Source of the DNA: the human T2T-CHM13v2.0 reference genome, Homo sapiens
Direction: 5' to 3' (one strand)
Length of the DNA: 64,000 bases
NCBI RefSeq assembly: GCF_009914755.1
Contig: NC_060925.1
This document shows positions 55,200-64,000 of the stretch, piece by piece. Position 1 is the first letter of the stretch; the number at the start of each line of letters is the position of its first letter. A program made the translations under genes and the position numbers. The notes beneath the pieces are model-generated. The model had not been told where the DNA came from, searched no databases, and saw only the letters and a program-made list of their open reading frames with translations.

Positions 55200-56900
55200 T
55201 TAGTAATATGATATAGTTGTTCAATCTGACACTGTGTGGAATAACCATATTGTCCAGATTTCTTGGTACTCTAAAATGATGGAGATCGAAAGAGATAATA
55301 TAACCCTGGGACAAAATTGTACATCTGCGTTATTACGTATTCCATGTAAATAAGAATTGTTTCTAATTATTCTCCTTTCTGATAATAATACAAACAAATG
55401 CTCTCACCAAATCAAAGCTGCTTTCCCACACCCAAGTCCTTAACAATCTGTTCTAGCAAACAATACCTAGCTAGCCCAGCAGTGAGTGCTGCTGCCTGTC
55501 TGAGTTGGTGATAACCTCCAGGATCCATCTGGTTTCTGGATGGGCCAGACCTGTGAATCAAATGGACATATGATGGAAACCATCATCTCTAAATCCTTCA
55601 AATCCGTGTTAATTTATGTTGTCTGTCCCAGGATGCATTATTGGTTTCTGGATGGGCCAGACCTGTGAATCAAATGGAGATATGATGGAAACCATCATCT
55701 CTAAATCCTTCAAATCCATATTAATTTATGTTGTCTGTCCCAGGATGCATTATTGGTTTCTATTTACTATATTGGCAGAGTAGCATTTTCCATGCCTTCA
55801 TTTTACTTTCTGGACTGTGAGAGATCTTACCCAACAGATCAAGTCATCAATTTGGGAGATATGGCAAATACTAAGTATGCCAATACCAATTATTATTTAG
55901 GGATTGTGAAATTGACCACTAGGTGGATTCATGACTCAACTGATTCCTGCTTAAGCTTCAGCTTATTGTGGATCTGCTAAAGCCATCAACCTACCTGGTG
56001 GTCATTTTTACAATCCCTAAATGTATAATTGGGATTGCCATACTTAGTATGTGCCATAAATACTAAAGCAATAATTAGGTCTGTCTGTGTGTCCAACAGG
56101 CCTCCAAATATTTATTTTATTTTGCCCTGTGAAGGAACTCAAGTAAATGACCATAGATATGTTTGTGCAAGCACTGGGTATTCATTAGTGGCATACTCTC
56201 AATGGTGGTGCTGCATTCTTCTTCCAGGGGACCTAGCTCCTTTTCTGTCAGTAGATTCTGAATTTGGAAAGTGAATGGAGTACAGAAACTGGCCCAAGAA
56301 CCATCATGTTTTTATGTAGTCAGTTTTCATTATCTCCAGGAGTCTTTACCAGCTATTTAAATCGTGTATTTTGGGAGAAAGTTCACATATCAGTAAATAT
56401 TTTTCTATCCAAACTTTTGTTATGGTTCCCTTGATCAGTACAGGCTCAATGCAGATTCAGCCAACATTACAGACAGATTTGAAAAATATGTGGCCATTAG
56501 AAATGTCCTATGTTTCACCGAAATTATTAACCCTTTATGTATACACCTTAATTGGTCATTGGATGGGGGTGTGCCCTTCTACAAGGTAATTTTCTGTACC
56601 CGAGGCAAGGCCTGAAGAGCTGAGATCTGAAAGCAGTCTGCTGATAGCTGGAACAGCAAGTCTCTCTTAAAGGGTTATTTGGATGATGCATCTTTCTCTT
56701 TACCACACATTGAACTAAATATGATATCAAAATATTGAGATAACTTAAACAATTGAGAAAAGCATACTAATGCTTTAGAAACAAAGAAAAAGTCAACTGG
56801 CAATTTTATATTTTTGACCAGATGATTTGGCAATTTATTGAGCATATTGTTGACTGCTATAGCAATTGAGGTAACTAACAAAAAGTTACATGTTTTAAAG
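55200..56900 (-). mobile_element. Very old ERV-L-class internal (pro/pol) remnant
   Basis: Patchy minus-strand resemblance to ERVL protease (near 56425-56470) and RT (near 55780 and 55960). Composition is less AT-skewed than the flanks. No open frame. Confidence 0.45.
55530..55761. repeat. 112-bp tandem duplication
   Basis: Copies at 55530-55641 and 55642-55753 differ at 3 positions. TGGTTTCT recurs at 55754-61. Confidence 0.97.
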
Positions 56901-57269
56901 GCTAAATAATTTCCATTATTACAGTATTTTACGCCCCCTTCAAAAAATTATGAAAGCACGTAAGTGAGGCAGATGATGAAGGACAAAACAACAGCACATC
57001 TCATCCATTCTACCTCAGAGCTTGGTTTTCTGAATTTAGTTTGTGACCTAAAGAAATAATCTGTGGTGGAAAACTAATTTTTAACTATTTTTTAATTCAT
57101 GTGAAAAGGATATTTTATATATACAGAATAACTTAATACGAGAAAAATGAATTACAAAAGTAGAGATAGGACTTTCAGACCTTTATTAAGAAAATTCACA
57201 GATGATGATACATTTTTTTCTCTCTACTGCACATGAAAAAAAAAGAATGCTACAACCAGTAACAAGATT

Positions 57270-57470
57270 TTTTTTTTTGGATGAAACTGACCCTATGAAG
57301 ATTGGAGTAGAAAAAAGAAGAAAATGGAATTTCGATGATGTAATTGAGCTGCTGGATTATCTATTTGAAGCAGCCCTCCTCTGGAATCTGCAGTGATCCA
57401 AAGACACTCCAAATTATTTGGGCCAGTTTGAGTCAAATTTTCTGTTACTTCAAAGAATCAAGTTTTCTGA
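57270..57470 (+). mobile_element. MLT1J/K-like LTR fragment
   Basis: GATGATGTAATTGAGCTGCTGGAT..GCCAGTTTGAGTC..TTTTCTGTTACTT. Confidence 0.6.
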
Positions 57471-57720
57471 GAGCCGAAACAGATGAAAAAAAGGAAAACA
57501 GGTTTACTGATTCAAATATTACAATAATTGTATAAGTGAAAGAGTGAGACATTAAGTTTTTTGTCAGAAGTCACATGTTGTAAAGAGAAAGAAACTAAAC
57601 TTTAACCAACTTAAAACAAAAACAAAATAAATTCGGAAACAATTATTAACTTGCATAATCAATGGGAGGAAGGGTAGGGGCATAGATTCCTTTGCTCAGT
57701 GGAATTAAAATATGATTCTT

Positions 57721-58042
<322 letters not shown>

Positions 58043-59370
58043 TAAAATATGATTCTCTTATTTTCATTTCTTTTCTGTTTTCCCCTGGTTTGGTTTTTAT
58101 CATGCTGTCTTTTTAACCTAAGCCTGAATCATGGGCACTGATGGCTGCCAGACTTACATTTTTCCAGCTTCACTAACAAGTGGATGAATTCTTTTTTCTT
58201 TAGTTTAGTACTGAATAAGAATTGAAAGGTACTGGATAAGAATTTTGGGTGGCCCCAATCAAATCATACGGCTACTCATGTGTCAGAGATGTAATGTAAA
58301 CCAATTAGCAGTCCCCACTAGAATCCTGTAGCTTAAGTTGGAAAAAAGCAATTCCCTCAAAGACGGTTATGTAAGATGTATGGATAAATTCCAAAAGTGA
58401 CAATATAGATGTCCTTTAAAGTAATGGAACAGGTTTTAGATTTGGTCTAACTCCAAGATCTGGGTTTTCATTTAGAATGGTTAAAAATAATACTCTCCAC
58501 AATTGTCTAAATTGCCAGATTTATCAATAGTACTAGATTGTAACTTTAAGGTACAATTAAGTATATGAAAATGAGATTAAAATATGAATAAGTTACTTCA
58601 TAACCAACTTCATATCAATCTGTCTAATAGAAACGCAAAGGGCTTCCAAATCTCATTTCACCATTTAAGTCATAATAAAAACTAATGTGTTTTTTTCTCA
58701 GCAAATAAATCATTATTTTACATGTTCAACTAGTAATATTTTTAACTATATATACCTTGTACAAATCTTCTTTCAAGAAAACCCTATGGGAAATTTAGCT
58801 TTGGATGACTTTATTTCTTATAGAGAGAATAATTTAACCGGAATTAAATACCACCTGTGTCTGTCATAATCTTGAACAATATTTTATATTTTCTTAAGTT
58901 GGAATAAATTTATTATACTGAGACACATTTAGGATTTTTTTTCAGAACTTGATTTTCTATATCCATGTTTTAAGTAAAACCTAAATAAATATAAAATAAA
59001 ATACATCTATATTTTATTTATTGTGAGATTGTAGTATCAGCATCTGAATGATTCAAAGGCATATAATTAAACCACATGCTCACTACAGGGATATTAAAAT
59101 CATTTTCTCTCTGAGTTAATAACACTTTGTTTTTACTTAGTTCTCCAAATCTTCTTTATTTTTCAAGTGATTATGTTACTGCCATTACTCTTGTGTTAGT
59201 GATTATTACTTCTAACTAGCAAACTTTCAGCTAAAAAATTAAATGTGTTTTGTTCCTAAAAACAAGGAAATAATAAGATACATTGTAAATAATTAGAATT
59301 CTATAGCTCTATCAAGTTCCAAAAATATTCCTATTTTGCTTATGGGGCAGTGATAACTGACATTGAATAC

Positions 59371-59727
59371 TTGTACGGTTTGGCTGTGTTCCCACTCAAG
59401 TCTCATCTTGAATTTCTGTGTGTTGTGGGAGGGATCCAGTGGGGGATAATTGACTAATGGGGGTGGGTCTGTCCTGTGCTGTTCTCATGATAGTAAATAA
59501 GTCTCACGAGGTCTGGTGGTTTTAAATAAGGGGATTTTCCCTTTACAAGCTCTCTCTCTTTGCCTGCTGTCATCCATGTAAGATGGGACTTGTTCCTCCT
59601 TGCCTTTCACCATGATTGTGAAGCCTCCCCAGCCATGTGGAACTTAAGTCCATTAAACCTCTCATTCTTTTGTAAATTGCCCAGTCTCAAATATGTCTTA
59701 TCAGCAGTGTGAAAATGGACTAATACA
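59371..59727 (+). mobile_element. THE1 (probably THE1B) solo LTR
   Basis: GGTTTGGCTGTGT..TCTCATCTTGAATT start and GAAAATGGACTAATACA end. TSD AATAC/AATAT. Confidence 0.92.
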
Positions 59728-59934
59728 AATATTAGGTCATTTAATAAATTTACCCACAACTAATGCATTTGAAAATGTCACTGAAGTAACACAGTTTGTA
59801 TTGCCTAACAATTCTGTACCTCTGTCATTTCTCCATTAATGTTAGAAATACATCAAGAGTAGGAATGGGAAAACCTATATATACTCTTAAATAGCTTCTC
59901 ATCTGCTGCATTTAGCCATCTAATATTAACAGAA

Positions 59935-61545
59935 TATAGTTTTTCATTGATACATAATAATTGCACATAATTTGGGGTAATTGAGATATTTTGATATGTG
60001 AGTGCACTTCATAATTACCAAATCAGGCTAATTGAGATATCTATTACGTAAAACATTTTGATAAAAGCCATTTCAACTGAAGTGAAATAATATCTCACTG
60101 TGATTTTGACCTGCATTTTCCTGATGATGAGTGATGTTGAACAGTTTTCATATACCTGTTGACTATTTGTATGTTTTCTTTTAAGAAATGTCTATTCATA
60201 CACTTTACCCATTTTAAAATGAAATTATTATTATTATTACTTCCTAGTGAGTTGGTTGAATTCCTTATATATTCTAGTTATTAATGCCCCTTCAGATGGG
60301 TAACTTGCAAACATTTTCTCCCATTCTGTGATGTTGTTTCTTAACATTATTGATTGTTTCCTTTGCTGTCCTGAACATTTTAGCTCGAAGTAACGTCATT
60401 TGTCTATTTTTTTGTCTGTCCTTTTGAGGTCTTATACAAATTCTTCACTTACAATATCCTAAAATGTTTTACCAATGTTTTCTTCTAGTACTTTCATAGT
60501 TTCAAGTCCTATATTTAAGTGTTTCATCCATTTTAAGTTAATTTTTGTGTATGATGAGAGATAGGTGTCTTGCTTCATTTTTTTTTTGGCATATGGTTAT
60601 CCAGTTTTTTTTAGCATCATTTATTGAAAATACTACTCTTTTGCTTATGTATGTTTTTGGTGTCTTTGTTGAAAATGAGCTGGCTGTGAATATGTAGGTT
60701 TATTTCTAGGTTCTCCATTATGTTCTGCTTCTCTGTGTATCTCTTTTAATGTCAATGCCATGCTGTTTTGTTTACCATAGCTTTTTAGTATATTTTGAAG
60801 TCAGGTAGTGTGATGCCTCTAGCTTTTTTTTTTTTTTTGCATATGATTGCTATGTCTATTTGGGGTCTTTTGTGGTTTCATGTGAAATTTGGCTTTTTTA
60901 TTTCTGTGAAGAATACTGAATGAATATTAATATTAAAAATTATAATTGATAATACAGCAGGGATCCCACTGATGCTAGATCATTTTGTGTAGTATTGACT
61001 TTTTTTTCTTTTGAGAAGGAGTTTCACTCTTGTCACCCAGGCTGGAGCGCAAATGCTGCAATCTCTACTCACTGCAACCTCCACCTCCTAGGTTCAAGGG
61101 ATTCTCCTGCCTCAGCTGCTCAAGTAGCTGGGATTACAGGCACCCACCACCATGTCCGGCTAATTTTTGTATTTTTAGTAGACATGGGGTTTTGCAATGT
61201 TAGCCAGGCTGGTCTCAAACTCCTGACCTCAGGAGATCCACCCACCTTGGCCTCCCAAAGTGCTGGAATTACAGGTGTGAGCCACGGTGCCTGGCCAGTA
61301 TTGACATTATTTAATAACATTAATTTTTCAAATCCATGAGCATGGGATAACTTTCCATTTTTTTTGCATCTTTTTAAATTTCTTTCATTGGTGTTTTATA
61401 GTTTTCCCTGGAGAGATCTTTTACTACTTAGGTTACATTTATTTCCAGGTATTTTTTATTTTTATAGCTACTGTAGTTGAGGTTGCTTTCTTGATTTCTT
61501 TTAAGTTTGTTTGGTCTTGACATACATAAATTGCTACTGATTTTT
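59935..61545 (-). mobile_element. L1MA 3' fragment (internal deletion near 60055), with an Alu insertion
   Basis: ATTGATACATAATAATTGCACAT 3' end. ORF2-like TTTGAAGTCAGGTAGTGTGATGCCTC. Confidence 0.85.
61000..61296 (-). mobile_element. AluS (Sx/Sq) SINE
   Basis: TSD AGTATTGAC at 60991-99 and 61297-305. Confidence 0.94.
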
Positions 61546-62844
61546 GTTTGTTATTCCTAAAATATATTCCTTAAGAATTGGGTGTATTATATTACCTATT
61601 GATTTTAATTATTTCCCTAGTAAATTAGACATATGTACAAGCAATAGAGGTAATAGCCTCAAATACTTACATAATTTTGATACCACGAGAACAAGTGCCA
61701 AATCTGTTACTTTTTTCATATCAAGTGTTTTGTAGGTACTTATAGCACAATGGAAGTACATAAATATTAAATTAATTAAAATGAATTTGATAAGATTCAC
61801 TTTAAACATTTACTTAGACAAAGACATTATATGTATTCAAGATAATACATTCAATTAATTACTTTTATTCTGTTAGTATTTATTGCCCTTAGCGATAACC
61901 TAGCTCATGAATAAAACACAGGAAAAAAAAGAAAAGATTAATAAAACTAAGTATAAGCAATGCATGTTTATGTTTGTAATAATCATTATGTACTTAACAT
62001 ATAGTGTTTCTCTTATAGAATATTTTAGTAGCCATCTTGGCAGGAAATCTGATATAAAGAAGTGTATGACATAAAATATTTATACGATATTAATTTCAAA
62101 ATCATAGACTCTAATCCAAGTGATCTTTGTAACACATTCACTTTAAGAAGAAACTCTTGCAGCCTCCCTTTCCATTTTTTTATAGGCAGGTGGGAAAAAT
62201 GGGAGAAAGTTAAATAAATTATATCTGTTCGCTATACCCTGAAAACCAGAGACTAACATTTCAAATGTATTGAAGCTACACTAGCAAATACAATATAATA
62301 TTTTAAGTTTTCAAACAGCCATGATAACTTTGGGATCGAGTTCAAATATAAACACAGGAAAATCGATATTCACTTTGATATAGTAGGGTAATTTATGAAT
62401 GACTGTGAGCTCTACTTGTCCCTTGTCTCATTTAGAAACTCTCCGTATTCCTAGAGGAATAGATGAGGAAGCCCTTAGGTTTTTTGCATAGGCCTGTACT
62501 TATGCATGACATGCACCCTAATTCCCACTACCCACAATTTTTGAAACTATATGAACTGTATTGATTGATATTCATATCCAAGGAATTTAGGAAATTAGGT
62601 TAATAAGAGAAACAACTATGACACAGAAATAAGGCATTCTTTCTTAATTTGAAAACTCCATGGGTTATAGCTTGATATTTTATAAGAACTCATTGACAAT
62701 TACATTCGTAGAGCTTAATGATTATTTATTAAACATTATCCCCTGAGTGATGAATATGTTGAAGCTATTAAACCTGCAAAAGAGTAAAAATCATAACATA
62801 TGATTTATGTTCTCAAATAACTGATAATTTAGAAGATTCTGTAA

Positions 62845-63083
62845 AATGAGGTTGGTGAGCAGTCACAAGTCAAGGAACACAGACAGTGACCAGAAGCTGG
62901 AAAAGGCAAACAATTCAATTTTCCATAGAGCCTCTGGAGGGAACACAGCCTCACTGACACATTGATTTTGGACTTGTGGCTTTCCTTTCATATCTGTGAG
63001 ATAAAACATTTCTCTTGTTTTAAGTCACCAAGTTTGAAGTAATTTGTTAGATCAAATGTGTAACAGACAGAGAAACTAAGATA
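62845..63083 (+). mobile_element. MLT1B/C/D LTR 3' half
   Basis: CCAGAAGCTGGAAAAGGCAA..AGAGCCTCTGGAGGGAACACAGCC..GTTTTAAGTCACCAAGTTTG. Confidence 0.8.
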
Positions 63084-64000
63084 GCAAGTGAAACATGCTC
63101 AGACACAAACTTTCACAGAAACAGAAAACATGTATCAGGAACATAATGACCACAAAGCCAAAAATAAGAGTCAAGAGTCAGTGGGCAAACTGACAGCTCT
63201 GTGTACTGTGTGTGATCAGCAACTGCGCAGGAAGAAGTCAAAGATAAAGCAAGAGAAAGGAATTTTCAACAGTCCTGAATGTCCTAAAATGACATATATT
63301 TCAACACATACCCACAGGAAACTTTGGCACACCAATCTGGGAATGGCAGCAAAACTTGGGCAAGGATTTCCCAATGAGAACAGGTGCAGATGAGCAGAGG
63401 ACCACAGGAGCACAGAATCTAACTAACCAACTAAGCCTCCCTTCCAGGACAAAGATCTACATGGAGGAGAAACTGCTAAAAATAGAATATAGATTGAGCA
63501 AGACAGCACAATAGAAGCATTAAAAGGAGAATGTCAAGGTGAAAATTTATAAGTGATACAGTCAGTGAATTCAGAGAAGAGAACACTGTATTCATCAACA
63601 CTTCGAGAAAACAATAGAAGAGAGAGTTCTAGATTTTTGAAATTAGCAAAGCTGCCCTACTATTTTAAAAGTACTGGAAAACTCTTAGTTCATCCTGAGC
63701 AACATAGATTGAAATGAATCCCATAAACATTATTTTAAAAAATGAAATAAGTGCAGACTAATGTCAATTCAGACCATAAATACATACCAAATAAGATGCC
63801 TGCAAATAAACAGAACTTTGTTTTGATATTTTAAAGCAAGTTAAAAATAATTAATTACATAAAATAATTAATTCATAGAAGCTATGAAAAATCAAAACAG
63901 TATAAATCATAATTAGAAAAAAGCATTAATGAGATCATTTGAAAAAATGAAAGATTTTTGCAAGAATTGTTAGAAGAGAGAAAATATTTATATCTAAGGT

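Noticed and set aside
63100-64000. Possible old L1M/HAL1 5' region and a 101-aa ORF
   Set aside because: Too decayed to assign, and the ORF has no recognisable motif.

Overview
AT-rich, CpG-depleted hominoid (probably human) genomic DNA, judged from AluY copies and an L1PA2/3 element. I see no host protein-coding exon, rRNA, functional tRNA or CRISPR array. Every long ORF in the track comes from L1, Alu, LTR or microsatellite sequence, so the window reads as intergenic or deep intronic. Main contents: (1) a nested, chimeric MER4-group/ERV1 provirus (3790-9889, minus) carrying MST, AluY, MER52, a second LTR-PBS junction and a decayed tRNA-Glu copy; (2) a full-length but dead ~6.03 kb L1PA2/L1PA3 (10768-16796, minus); (3) 13 Alus, MER11, LTR15-like, THE1, MLT1, Tigger, L2 and old L1M fragments; (4) several short tandem duplications. 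The most unusual stretch is 41784-42975. A ~490-bp homopyrimidine microsatellite is bracketed by a ~50-bp inverted duplication, followed by a tail-less internal L1 fragment containing a palindromic 29-bp minisatellite. This looks like a cluster of DNA-repair scars. There is also a strong candidate non-coding exon on the minus strand at 380-487. I cannot support a novel gene system. Repeat subfamily names come from recalled consensus sequences and need RepeatMasker/Dfam confirmation.
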